DNA of 64,000 nt, from the NCBI GenBank assembly GCA_049294075.1, contig JBAQCK010000170.1, forward strand, positions 5,593-69,592. Direction: 5' to 3'. Below are positions 28,698-37,804 of this stretch, piece after piece. The translations under genes and the position numbers were made by a program. The notes under the pieces were generated by a model. That model worked only from the letters and a program-made list of their open reading frames with translations, searched no databases and had not been told where the DNA came from. Position 1 is the first letter of the stretch, and every line of letters starts with the position of its first letter. Origin of the DNA: Bacteroidales bacterium (lineage in GTDB: Bacteria; Bacteroidota; Bacteroidia; Bacteroidales; VadinHA17).

Positions 28698-30365
28698 ATG
28701 GCAATTCTTGATTATATAGTTCTGATAGGATACTTTGTCCTGATAACTGCATTTGGAATCTGGATTTCAAGGAAGATAAAGACCAGCGACAGTTACTTCA
28801 GGGGCGACAGAAAATTCAAGTGGTACATCATGCTGGGGCAGGCCTTCGGTGTCGGGACCCATGCCGAGATGCCCGTTGCCCAGACAGGGGCAACATTCAG
28901 CAACGGATTTGCCACTATCTGGTACCAGTGGAAGAACATGCTTATCACACCATTCTACTGGCTGATAGCTCCTTTTTACCGCCGAAGCGAGCGTACTACT
29001 GTGGGTGAGATCATCGAGGACAGGTACGGAAGAACAATGGGGCTTGTATATTCAATTTTTGCCATTGTCTTCTTTGTATTCAGCATGGGAGTCATGCTCC
29101 AGGGTGCAGCAAAGGTCATTTCCGTTGCATCCGGGAATCTTTTCTCCCCGAACATGACAGTGATAGTGATGACGGCGGCTTTTATAATCTACAGTTTCGC
29201 GGGGGGTCTTATCGCTGCTGCATATACCGACTTTATCCAGTCGTTCCTCATAATAGCCCTGTCGATAATGCTTATTCCGCTTGGTCTTAAGGAGGTGGGC
29301 GGATTTCACGCGATGAGGCAGGTTCTTCCAGATCATTTCTTCGACCTTTTCAACAGCGCCAGCGGTATAGACGGTTTTACAATTGCCATGCTTGCAGTCA
29401 ACGGTATTGTGGGGATAACAGCCCAGCCACATATGGTGTCGATGTGCGCAACCGGAAACACTGAAAGGGCCGGAAGGATAGGACAGACATTCGGATCAAT
29501 GGTAAAACGGCTTATTACAATCGGCTGGGCAATGACAGGTCTGGTTGTTGCCGCACTTGTAATAATGAAAGGTGTGGAACTGCCTGATCCCGAGATGGCT
29601 TTTGGCTATGCCTGCAGTGTTCTTCTGGCGCCCGGCCTCGTCGGTTTGATGCTGGCTTCAATACTGGCTGCCAATATGTCTTCATGTTCAAATTTTATGG
29701 TGAATACGGGAGCGCTCTTCACTCAGAATATTTATAAGAAATACATGAATCCTCAGGCCACCGATTTTAAGCTGCTTTGGATGGGACGTTATTCGGGGCT
29801 GGGATTATCGGTCATGGCCGTGCTGTTTGCACTCGGGGTGAAGAATGTCCTTCACGGATTCCTGTTTGTGGAAACACTGGCAGCATTCATGGGGATCATT
29901 TTCCTGGGCGGCATAATCTGGAAAAGGGCTAACCGCTACGGAGCTGCAGCCGCAGTGATAGTCTCACTGTCAGTTTACTACATTGCCAATTTCCTGTCGG
30001 CCGGCGAACTGGTCCTTGTATACAAGTGGATGCCCCGACCCTTTGGACTGGCTATGCTCTCGGGCTTCCTCGTGTTCGGGCTGGTAAGCATTCTCACCCG
30101 GCCTGAGGACAGGGAGAGGATCGAAGGTTTTTTCGACAACATGCGGCGGAAATCCGATGCGGATCACACCGGATCCGATGGTAAAAAGCCTCTTGGTGAG
30201 CTGTCGGGTGATGATCTTCTTCTTCTCGATCTTCCGGGTTGGGGAAAAAAGGAACGCTGGCGCAACTTTTTCAGGCGCTACAGGGAGGACCTTGCTGGTT
30301 TCGCACTAAGCTGGCTGATGGTAGGACTGCTTATCCTCATCGCGTGGGGCTTTATGCAGATATAG
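28698..30365 (+). CDS. Sodium:solute symporter (SSF) family transporter
   Basis: 555 aa, about 13 TM segments. The N-terminus (DYIVLIGYFVLITAFGIW..SDSYFRGDR) is typical of the SSF family. Confidence 0.8.
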   Translation: MAILDYIVLIGYFVLITAFGIWISRKIKTSDSYFRGDRKFKWYIMLGQAFGVGTHAEMPVAQTGATFSNGFATIWYQWKNMLITPFYWLIAPFYRRSERTTVGEIIEDRYGRTMGLVYSIFAIVFFVFSMGVMLQGAAKVISVASGNLFSPNMTVIVMTAAFIIYSFAGGLIAAAYTDFIQSFLIIALSIMLIPLGLKEVGGFHAMRQVLPDHFFDLFNSASGIDGFTIAMLAVNGIVGITAQPHMVSMCATGNTERAGRIGQTFGSMVKRLITIGWAMTGLVVAALVIMKGVELPDPEMAFGYACSVLLAPGLVGLMLASILAANMSSCSNFMVNTGALFTQNIYKKYMNPQATDFKLLWMGRYSGLGLSVMAVLFALGVKNVLHGFLFVETLAAFMGIIFLGGIIWKRANRYGAAAAVIVSLSVYYIANFLSAGELVLVYKWMPRPFGLAMLSGFLVFGLVSILTRPEDRERIEGFFDNMRRKSDADHTGSDGKKPLGELSGDDLLLLDLPGWGKKERWRNFFRRYREDLAGFALSWLMVGLLILIAWGFMQI

Positions 30366-30558
30366 TCTCTGACTGTCTTTTCGAAAATATCCTGATGCTT
30401 ATACCGGAATTGAAAATTCTGGTTAGCACTTTGAAATACAGGACAAGGTAAAGAATCAGGGAAACAAGCCAAAGAACCAGGATATTGAACAGGAAAGTTT
30501 CTATCTGCTTATCCCCGATTTTCTTGTAGGGCGCATAAAAATGAGCACGACCATTCCC
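30366..30558 (-). pseudogene. Possible C-terminal remnant of an ABC-2-type permease (no start codon)
   Basis: The reverse-strand frame reads YAPYKKIGDKQIETFLFNILVLWLVSLILYLVLYFKVLTRIFN. This resembles the last TM helix and tail of Bacteroidota ABC-2 permeases. Weak, from memory only. Confidence 0.25.
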
Positions 30559-32190
30559 CTACAGTCCCAGCACCTCTCTTCCCTGCCTGAAAACTATATC
30601 GACCGGGATGCCGGCAGCGTTCACCCTGTCGAGGTCGCGGCGCAGGCTTTCGGTCATCACACCGTCACCTTCGACCCAGGATTTGGCAGCATCATAATCG
30701 CCATCGCCCTGTACCCTCAGGATCTTTTCCACCAGCGATTCCACCGCCTTTTTCATCTCCTCAAGATTCACCTTGTAGTAGCCGTTGTCCAGGCAGATGA
30801 AGGCTTCGTTGTCGGCAAAGTACTTCAGCGACAGCATATTGGCCTTTCCGTGCGCACTTGCCGCGCCGAACCTGCCCGAACGGAATATCCCTGCAAAGAA
30901 TGTTACATAGTTGTTCATCACCTCGCCGCTTGTTATTTCGCCCATCTCATAAAGCTTTGTGACAAGATAAAGGCCCATGATGTCGGCCTTTGCTTCCTCG
31001 AGCGAGGAATACTGTTCCTTCAATGCCTCCCTTACCGTTCCCTTTCCGTTGATTGTGTTCTGCACACCCATGCCATGAGCCACTTCATGAAAGGTTGTAT
31101 TCTCGAAGAAGGCGTCAAATGTTATATGCTGACGCTGGCTCTCATCAATCAGCATTGTGGCAATGGGCATGAGAATATTATCAAATTTTGCCTTCATGGA
31201 GTTCTTGAGCTGGAGCTTGCGGCTGCCGACCGCAAGGTGTATCTCGGGATCATTGGGCAGGTTGATGGCTATGGTCTTGCTCCCGGCATTGCAGTCGCCG
31301 GCATAATAGATCGCATCATATACATTCATGTCAGCATCAATCCCCGGCGTTTCTGCCTTGTAGGCCAGATCGACTGGAAGTCCGGCCTGAAGTGCCGGAA
31401 GCATAGCATTGAATTTCTCAAGCTGAGCGCTCCAGACGGGATCTTTCACCAGGACGAATGCCTCATGGGCAGCTTTATAGCCAAAGAGCTGGTCTTCATA
31501 ATTCTCTATTGGTCCCGCCACAAAGTCAATATTCGACTGTTTCATTTCCATCCATGCAAAGTCGCTTGGCCGGTAGTTGTTTGTAAGCAAGGCATCAGCC
31601 CGCATGGTGAGATACTTTTTCAGTCCCGGATCCTCAGCCAGCTCAGCCGCCTCAAGCATCAGCCCGGCTGCCTTCGAATGCTGCTCCTGGAATGCCTCCG
31701 GGTACGGCACCGAAATAAGCCTGCCCTCATTGTTTCTTCTCACAATGGTATAAAGGCTGCTTTTATCCGGATCATTCCATTCCTCAAATTCCTTAATAGT
31801 CATGTCCTCCGGATAGAATTGTGCTCCGGGGAACTTCTTCCCGAATTCCGGAATAAAGGGAAGATTGTTGTTCAGCCTGTCCCACGGACCGTAATGGATT
31901 TTCATATATTCCCTGGCGTACTCATTTTTAACCCGGGCAAGAAGTTCTTCCTTGTCACCGTACGCTTCCATCCAGTAGATATCATCCATGATGGCTGCGG
32001 CATCAATCAATAAACCAACAATTTCTCTTTCCTGGCTGCTTAACCAGCTCAGGTCGGTGGTCAGCGTTACCTCTTTGAATCGTGCAAGATTGGCTTTCAT
32101 TTCTTCTGTCAGTTTCTTATCCTCGGAATTGCATCCTGTCAGCACTACCGCCAGAATGATCACAATTAATCTGATGATCTTGGTGTTCAT
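30559..32190 (-). CDS. Zinc metallopeptidase lipoprotein, DPP III-like (M49-related)
   Basis: 543 aa. Lipoprotein signal (LTGCNSE), HEVAHGMG zinc motif and downstream EEAKADIMGLY. Confidence 0.6.
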   Translation of the reverse strand: MNTKIIRLIVIILAVVLTGCNSEDKKLTEEMKANLARFKEVTLTTDLSWLSSQEREIVGLLIDAAAIMDDIYWMEAYGDKEELLARVKNEYAREYMKIHYGPWDRLNNNLPFIPEFGKKFPGAQFYPEDMTIKEFEEWNDPDKSSLYTIVRRNNEGRLISVPYPEAFQEQHSKAAGLMLEAAELAEDPGLKKYLTMRADALLTNNYRPSDFAWMEMKQSNIDFVAGPIENYEDQLFGYKAAHEAFVLVKDPVWSAQLEKFNAMLPALQAGLPVDLAYKAETPGIDADMNVYDAIYYAGDCNAGSKTIAINLPNDPEIHLAVGSRKLQLKNSMKAKFDNILMPIATMLIDESQRQHITFDAFFENTTFHEVAHGMGVQNTINGKGTVREALKEQYSSLEEAKADIMGLYLVTKLYEMGEITSGEVMNNYVTFFAGIFRSGRFGAASAHGKANMLSLKYFADNEAFICLDNGYYKVNLEEMKKAVESLVEKILRVQGDGDYDAAKSWVEGDGVMTESLRRDLDRVNAAGIPVDIVFRQGREVLGL

Positions 32191-32355
32191 TTTTGCCGGG
32201 TTTTGTTATTTAATGGCAAGTTAGAAAAAAGTTTTATACCGCACGCCGCATACCGCATTATCAGCAAACCCTCCGACAAAAAGCAATCCTGATCATGTTA
32301 CTTGATGATTTGAACAATAATAGCTATCTTTATCGGATTATTAATAACAGGAATT

Positions 32356-32547
32356 ATGGGAAGATTAGGTCTGACGGAAATCATACTCATTCTGCTGGTG
32401 GTTGTACTTCTTTTCGGCGGAAGAAAAATACCTGAACTGATGAAAGGTCTTGGTCAGGGGCTTAAAGACTTTAGAAAAGCCTCCAAGGTCGATGATGATC
32501 CTGATAAGGTGAAGGCTGAATCCGGGGAGGACGAAAAAAAGATCTGA
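32356..32547 (+). CDS. tatA: Twin-arginine translocase TatA/TatE family subunit
   Basis: 63 aa. [38 protein letters not shown] is the canonical TatA TM helix plus amphipathic helix. Confidence 0.85.
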   Translation: MGRLGLTEIILILLVVVLLFGGRKIPELMKGLGQGLKDFRKASKVDDDPDKVKAESGEDEKKI

Positions 32548-32714
32548 AAACCATATCGTTTCAGGTAAAAAATTTGTCGAATTACAATAAGCAGGTTATT
32601 GAATTACGATAAATTTTTGTTGTTATTTTCAGCTTAATCAGGGCATTCAGCCTGTCAGGGCTTCAGTCCGTGGGCAGGAATCCGGGAGCTTTCCGGTGTA
32701 AGGCTTGGAAAAAA

Positions 32715-33263
32715 TCAGTAAATGAACAGGAAAAGCAGTGGCAGGATCACACCGGCTGCTGTAAGAACCGCTCCTCTGCGTGTTATTCCGTTTTTGCCCT
32801 TTACAAGGAAAAGACCGGTGATTGTCACAAACATAAGCGAAACACAAAAGATGTCGCTGAAGTATTTCCACCATCTTCCGGGATTGTAGTGAAGGAAGTT
32901 GATCTGGAAAAAGAGGGGCCGTTTGCTTATTCTCTCTATCGTACCCTCGCCGGTGCCGGTGTTTATTCTTGCCGATCCGTCGTTGACGAAGATGGTGAGT
33001 ATGTTACCCGATGGGTAGTAGAATGTTTTATACTCCGGGTTCCCGGGGATCTTTTCGAGTATTTCCCTTGCAGCAGCGTCATTGAAGCTTTCCCTCTGCA
33101 CAGGGATATCGGTGGTGAATGACCTGTTTTCGATAAGGTAATTCGGATTCCAGTCGTTCTTGTGGTTCAGGGCAATACCCGAAAGTGCATAGATAATTGT
33201 CATTCCGGCGATGAGATACCCTATGTCGCGATGTGTTACCCGGTTGAATTTGTTAATGTTCAT
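32715..33263 (-). CDS. PepSY-associated TM helix family protein
   Basis: 182 aa. HRDIGYLIAGMTIIYALSGIALNH N-terminal motif plus C-terminal TM helices. Confidence 0.55.
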   Translation of the reverse strand: MNINKFNRVTHRDIGYLIAGMTIIYALSGIALNHKNDWNPNYLIENRSFTTDIPVQRESFNDAAAREILEKIPGNPEYKTFYYPSGNILTIFVNDGSARINTGTGEGTIERISKRPLFFQINFLHYNPGRWWKYFSDIFCVSLMFVTITGLFLVKGKNGITRRGAVLTAAGVILPLLFLFIY

Positions 33264-33275
33264 GAATATGAAATT

Positions 33276-33304
33276 GAAAAAGGTCAGTCCGGGACTGACC
33301 TTTT
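33276..33304 (-). terminator. Intrinsic terminator (bidirectional hairpin)
   Basis: Stem ggtcagt/actgacc with loop ccggg, flanked by an A-run on one side and TTTT on the other. It lies immediately downstream of the 33325 stop on the - strand. Confidence 0.6.
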
Positions 33305-33324
33305 AGTTAAGTCCTTCGTTGTTA

Positions 33325-33825
33325 CTACTTCACAACGGTATGCTTTGCGTAGACCATCATCAGATCGGAAAGCGCTGTCTGGGAGGCTAAAGCTTTTTCC
33401 GTTTCGCAAGTATCGGCTCCTGCTTCAGCATGCATCGGAGCAGCGGTCAGAGCTCCTTCTGCTTCATGAGTCTCACCTGCTCCGGCTGTCGGTTGTGTCA
33501 GCCTGCCTTCAACGATGACTTCGCTTCCAAGCAGTTCAGTAGGGAATTTAGGCATTTCTTCCCCGGCCTGAATGTAAAGCCTTACATCCGGATCGTCGCC
33601 GGTAATGAAAAGTTTTTTTCCGCTGTGCATGCAAACATGCACTACCTTGCCTTCAACGCTGATGTCCTTGCCCACGTATTCGGAAGGATTGGCTATCAAT
33701 GATGCAAATTCAACCCTGACAGCGCCCTGTTCCTGGTTGTTCTGCGCGGCCTCCTTGTTTCCTCCGGTTCCGCAGGAGATCGTGACAAGCGCGATTACTG
33801 AAAATGCTAACAACTTCCTTATCAT
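33325..33825 (-). CDS. Hypothetical lipoprotein
   Basis: 166 aa. Lipobox LVTISCG. No family recognised. Confidence 0.5.
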   Translation of the reverse strand: MIRKLLAFSVIALVTISCGTGGNKEAAQNNQEQGAVRVEFASLIANPSEYVGKDISVEGKVVHVCMHSGKKLFITGDDPDVRLYIQAGEEMPKFPTELLGSEVIVEGRLTQPTAGAGETHEAEGALTAAPMHAEAGADTCETEKALASQTALSDLMMVYAKHTVVK

Positions 33826-33900
33826 ACTTCTTATAATTTAATTAAGGTTTAATTTTCTGAGGCCGAAAGATATAAAAAAAATCTCATATTAATCAAGCGG

Positions 33901-35412
33901 TCAGAGCTCCCATCCCTGACGGTATTCTCTCGTGAGGTACTGATTGGCTTCAGGAATGTTGGTTATCTTCATGTTTGCCGAATCATATTCAACCCTTTGT
34001 TTTGCCCTGAGGGCTATCGCTCCCAGATTGATTGTCTCGGTTACAGGACCTGCAAGCAGGAAGCTTCCCGGGGCCTGCGAGCCGTTCCTGAAGGCGTCGA
34101 TCCATACATTGTCGCCGGCTCCGCCTTCATCCGCTCTGTTATAGTTTTTAACGATGTGTTCCATTTTGCTTTCAGGAAGAAGCACGGGGTCCTCGCCTCT
34201 GAAGCCGGCCAGGATTTTTCCCTTGTCACCAACTATCATCATGCCCTCTCGTGGAAGTGATTTTCCCGAGGATCTTAGTTCGTCGGGAACAAAGGGTTTA
34301 ATGCCTCCGTCGTACCATATGAGTTCAAAGGGCGGAAGATCAGGTTGTTCTGTAAACTGGAAACGGATCATGCACGACAGGGGAAAAGCGACATCGTTGT
34401 TAACGCCAACCGCAACGTTATCGCGGAGGGTGCATGTTGTCGTGGCGTTGGCCTCAGCGCTGTATGCAGGCTTTTCTATACCCAGGGCAAGGAACAGGTT
34501 GAAGAGGCTGTAATGGCCCATGTCGGCTATGCTTCCTCCGCCGAAATCGTACCATCCGCGGAAAACGGCATGGGTGAAATTAGGGTGATAAGGCCTGTCG
34601 GGAACAGGTCCGAGCCAGAGCTGCCAGTCGAATCCCTTCGGAACCGGCGGCTTGTCGGCAGGAACAGATTGCCACTGCGGCCAAACCGGCCTGTTCGACC
34701 AGTTGTGTATCTCTTTGAGTGTTCCTATCAGCCCGGCATTGATCCAGGTTTTAATCAGAGCGGAGCCGGGCCTGCTGTTCCATGCCAGAAGATGGGTGCT
34801 CATCCCTGTGCTCTTCGCGGTTTCTATGGTGAGTCTTCCTTCGCGGATCCTGTTGGCTATGGGTTTGTGGGTAACTACATGCATCCCTTTCTTCATCGAG
34901 GCAATTGCCACAGTTGCATGCAGGTGATCGGGCGTCATGTTCTTGATGGCATCAATATCCTTCTCTTTTTCAAACATTTCCCTGAAATCTGCATAAGATG
35001 TGCATCCCTTGTAGTTTGCCGTTTCTTTCGATTTTGAATAGTAACTGTTAACGAATTCCTGTCCGATATCCCTTCCTCCGGGGATCCCTTTCAGTTTTTC
35101 ACCCCAGGAGCTGTTACCAAGGGCCTTGCGGATATCGTCCCTGATGCCGTTTGCCGACCAGTCGACATAATCTGTCGTGAATTTATTCGGATCGGCAACT
35201 GACACAATCTGAACCGCCGGGTTGGCAATAAGCCCGGTCATTTCTCTCATGCCCTGGGTGCCGCAGCCAATGTATCCCAGGGTAAGCTTGTCGCTTGGAG
35301 CCACGTATCCGGGTCCTCCCAGTACCTGTCGTGGCACAATCGTAATTGCCAGGGATGCAGCAGCAGCCGATCCCAGGAATTCGCGCCTGTTGATTTTCTT
35401 TGAATCTGACAT
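33901..35412 (-). CDS. Gfo/Idh/MocA family oxidoreductase with a twin-arginine signal
   Basis: 503 aa. Tat motif NRREFLGSAAAASLA, followed by a Rossmann-like LGYIGCGTQG. Confidence 0.8.
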   Translation of the reverse strand: MSDSKKINRREFLGSAAAASLAITIVPRQVLGGPGYVAPSDKLTLGYIGCGTQGMREMTGLIANPAVQIVSVADPNKFTTDYVDWSANGIRDDIRKALGNSSWGEKLKGIPGGRDIGQEFVNSYYSKSKETANYKGCTSYADFREMFEKEKDIDAIKNMTPDHLHATVAIASMKKGMHVVTHKPIANRIREGRLTIETAKSTGMSTHLLAWNSRPGSALIKTWINAGLIGTLKEIHNWSNRPVWPQWQSVPADKPPVPKGFDWQLWLGPVPDRPYHPNFTHAVFRGWYDFGGGSIADMGHYSLFNLFLALGIEKPAYSAEANATTTCTLRDNVAVGVNNDVAFPLSCMIRFQFTEQPDLPPFELIWYDGGIKPFVPDELRSSGKSLPREGMMIVGDKGKILAGFRGEDPVLLPESKMEHIVKNYNRADEGGAGDNVWIDAFRNGSQAPGSFLLAGPVTETINLGAIALRAKQRVEYDSANMKITNIPEANQYLTREYRQGWEL

Positions 35413-35471
35413 GTGTTGATGATTATGGGTTAGGTTTGGAAATAATCATTTTGTGAACTTGAGGCAATTTT

Positions 35472-35479
35472 CAAATTTA
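35472..35479 (-). promoter_or_regulatory. Candidate -7 promoter box (TAAATTTG on the - strand)
   Basis: The + strand reads CAAATTTA. It lies 60 nt upstream of the 35412 start. Confidence 0.35.
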
Positions 35480-35630
35480 CAAAATGAGATGACACGCTAA
35501 AATTTATTTGCTGTGAATTATTTCCGGATATTACAGATGGTAATTTTTATTTTTAAATACTTTTTGAATCAGGGAATATTTTCATGTTATGAAGTGTCTA
35601 ATGACATGAACCAATAAAATCTTATTGAAT

Positions 35631-36158
35631 ATGAAGAAAAATGTTACCATGCAGATACTGTCATTGACAGTAATGCTTGCTTTTCTTTGCATGCCTCTGG
35701 CTCTTAATGCACAGGGGTCAAAGGCTGATTTTTCGGGAAAATGGGCATTCAATGCCGAAAAAAGTGAACTGGGTGATCAGGGTCAGGGAGGCGGAAGAAT
35801 GGGCATGGGCGGCGGTGATTTCACTGCAACCCAGGCAGCCAATCTTCTTACCGTAGAAAGGACCCGCCAGGGCAGGGATGGTCAGACCATGAACATAACC
35901 AGCAAATACACCCTCGACGGTAAGGAAAGCGTCAACACCATGGGAATGGGCGAGAGCAAGTCAACCGCTACCTGGTCGGCCGACGGCAAATCACTAACAA
36001 TCGTAACAAAAATGTCATTTGAACGCGACGGACAGTCGATGGAATTCACGACTACCGAAGTCTGGACGCTTAACAGCCCGGCTTCCCTTACAATAGCCAC
36101 CACGAGGAATACCCCGAATGGCGAAGTAAAGACAAAAATGGCTTACGACAAGAAATAA
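35631..36158 (+). CDS. Hypothetical secreted protein
   Basis: Signal peptide ending ALNAQ, a Gly-rich linker, then a beta-rich body. I prefer the ATG at 35631 over the TTG at 35625. Confidence 0.5.
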   Translation: MKKNVTMQILSLTVMLAFLCMPLALNAQGSKADFSGKWAFNAEKSELGDQGQGGGRMGMGGGDFTATQAANLLTVERTRQGRDGQTMNITSKYTLDGKESVNTMGMGESKSTATWSADGKSLTIVTKMSFERDGQSMEFTTTEVWTLNSPASLTIATTRNTPNGEVKTKMAYDKK

Positions 36159-36210
36159 AGTCAGGCAGGTAAACGAACAGAACCGCGAAGCACTGGTGTT
36201 TTGCGGTTTT

Positions 36211-37500
36211 TTACTTTCTGGCGGTCATCCTTTCGTTATTGATTTCCTTGAGTTCCTCGCCCCTTACAATGAAATCATCGGCGTTTTCAGGTGTCAGTAC
36301 ATAGATTGCCTGTTTCGGCTTGAGGCCCTGTTCAATAATTGTATGCTTGTCATTTACATCACCTGTGACAACAATCTGTTTGGCTTTGTCTTTTGTGTAA
36401 ACGAAGGGAATTCCATCAGCTTCGGCATGAACGCATTCAGTGGGAACGTAAATCACATCGCTGTATTTCTGAATGACTACTTTATTGTTGGTGGTCATGG
36501 CTGGTCTGAGGTCAGGATCCGATCCGTCAAGCCTGACCATTACCTCGAACACCTTGGAGTCGGAATTTTCAAGTTGTTCACCGATGTTGGCCACTGAATA
36601 AACTTTTCCTGAAAACATCTTGTCCGGGTAGGCGTCAACCCTGATCTCCACATTCTGTCCGGGCTCGATCTTTCTTATTTCTATCTCGCTGATATAGATT
36701 TGTGACAGAAGCGAGGAGAGGTCAGGTAACGTGGCGACAATCCTGTCGGCCATGTTTATGGTCGATCCGGTTTTAATCTTAGTACCCCTGCGGTCTCTTT
36801 TATAGACCACCATTCCGGGAGATGGTGCAGTGATCGTAAAGCCGGCAAGCACTTCCTCAAGGCTTTCCACCCTCCTCGCGATCCTGTTATAAAACATGTT
36901 AAGCCTGATCAGGTCTCTTTCGACCTGGGCCACTCTTAGCTCGTAACCTCTTTTCCTCTGTTCCAGCATCCTTTTCTGCCTTTCCACGTCTATCTCAGCC
37001 TGTCTGATGGTAGCCGGAGGTTCAAATTTTGAATTCAGAAGGGTTATTTCCGCTTCTTCAACCGTGTGAATCTGGTTTCTAATGTTATTTCTTAAATTAG
37101 TAAGTGTTACAGCGGTATCGAGCTTTTTCATCTCTATGTTGTTCATGTATTCGTTGAGCAATTCACGCTCATCTTTCAGAGTGTTGTCGTACTGGGTTCT
37201 GTCGAGTGTGGCAACATAATCTCCGGTTTTCACAATAGTTCCTTCAGCCACCATATCGGTAATCCTGAGCGGCTGGGCCCGGAAATCCCTTCCTCTGCTT
37301 ACCTCGGGGGCTTTTATATCGACCGCGTTTTCTGCAAGAATTTCTCCAGGAACGGAGATCGAAACTTCAAAATCGCCTTTTAAGGTTTCTGTAAACAACA
37401 GATTCCTGTCCTGCCTCGATGTGAGCTTGTTGAAGAAAAACAGGGCGATCATTGTAAAAACGAAGACGGCCAGTGTTATTAGTATCGTTTTTTTCATCAC
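36211..37500 (-). CDS. HlyD/MacA-type periplasmic adaptor (membrane fusion protein)
   Basis: 429 aa. N-terminal TM anchor, a lipoyl-like half (GTIVKTGDYVATLD), a long coiled-coil, ITAPSPGMV, and beta-barrel segments. Confidence 0.8.
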   Translation of the reverse strand: MMKKTILITLAVFVFTMIALFFFNKLTSRQDRNLLFTETLKGDFEVSISVPGEILAENAVDIKAPEVSRGRDFRAQPLRITDMVAEGTIVKTGDYVATLDRTQYDNTLKDERELLNEYMNNIEMKKLDTAVTLTNLRNNIRNQIHTVEEAEITLLNSKFEPPATIRQAEIDVERQKRMLEQRKRGYELRVAQVERDLIRLNMFYNRIARRVESLEEVLAGFTITAPSPGMVVYKRDRRGTKIKTGSTINMADRIVATLPDLSSLLSQIYISEIEIRKIEPGQNVEIRVDAYPDKMFSGKVYSVANIGEQLENSDSKVFEVMVRLDGSDPDLRPAMTTNNKVVIQKYSDVIYVPTECVHAEADGIPFVYTKDKAKQIVVTGDVNDKHTIIEQGLKPKQAIYVLTPENADDFIVRGEELKEINNERMTARK

Positions 37501-37687
37501 TTATAGATGCTGATTAATTTATATAAAGTTCATGCGAGAACGAAATTAGGAAAATTCGCCATGCCATTCCCTTGATTTAAACTTATTTAACATATTTAAC
37601 AATAATTTGTATAAATTGTTCCGGCAGCTTCCATGATTTAAGCAATAAGGCAGTCGGGCCTTAACGAACATTGCCAAAGAACAATGC

Positions 37688-37716
37688 AAAAAAAATCCCC
37701 CATTGCAGGGGGATTT
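37688..37716 (-). terminator. Orphan intrinsic terminator oriented for the - strand
   Basis: A 9-bp perfect stem aaatccccc/gggggattt with loop attgca. On the - strand it is followed by a T8 run. There is no intact - strand gene upstream of it. Confidence 0.55.
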
Positions 37717-37804
37717 AAATGTAACCGTGAAACGGCCGGATAAGTTTTTGGGTTTTATCTCCTGAACATACCTCCCGGGATGGATCCAAGGATGCTTTTG
37801 CCCT

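Noticed and set aside
30541-32013. 490-aa ORF on the + strand, one of the longest ORFs in the window
   Set aside because: It is entirely antisense to the 543-aa metallopeptidase gene, which has a lipoprotein signal and HExxH/EEAKAD motifs. The + strand product is low-complexity, His/Leu/Cys-rich and has no recognisable motif. It is a typical shadow ORF.
34345-35037. 230-aa + strand ORF, with sibling ORFs at 34154-34513 and 34652-34927
   Set aside because: These are antisense shadows of the Tat-signal Gfo/Idh/MocA gene. They have no motifs and overlap each other in different frames.
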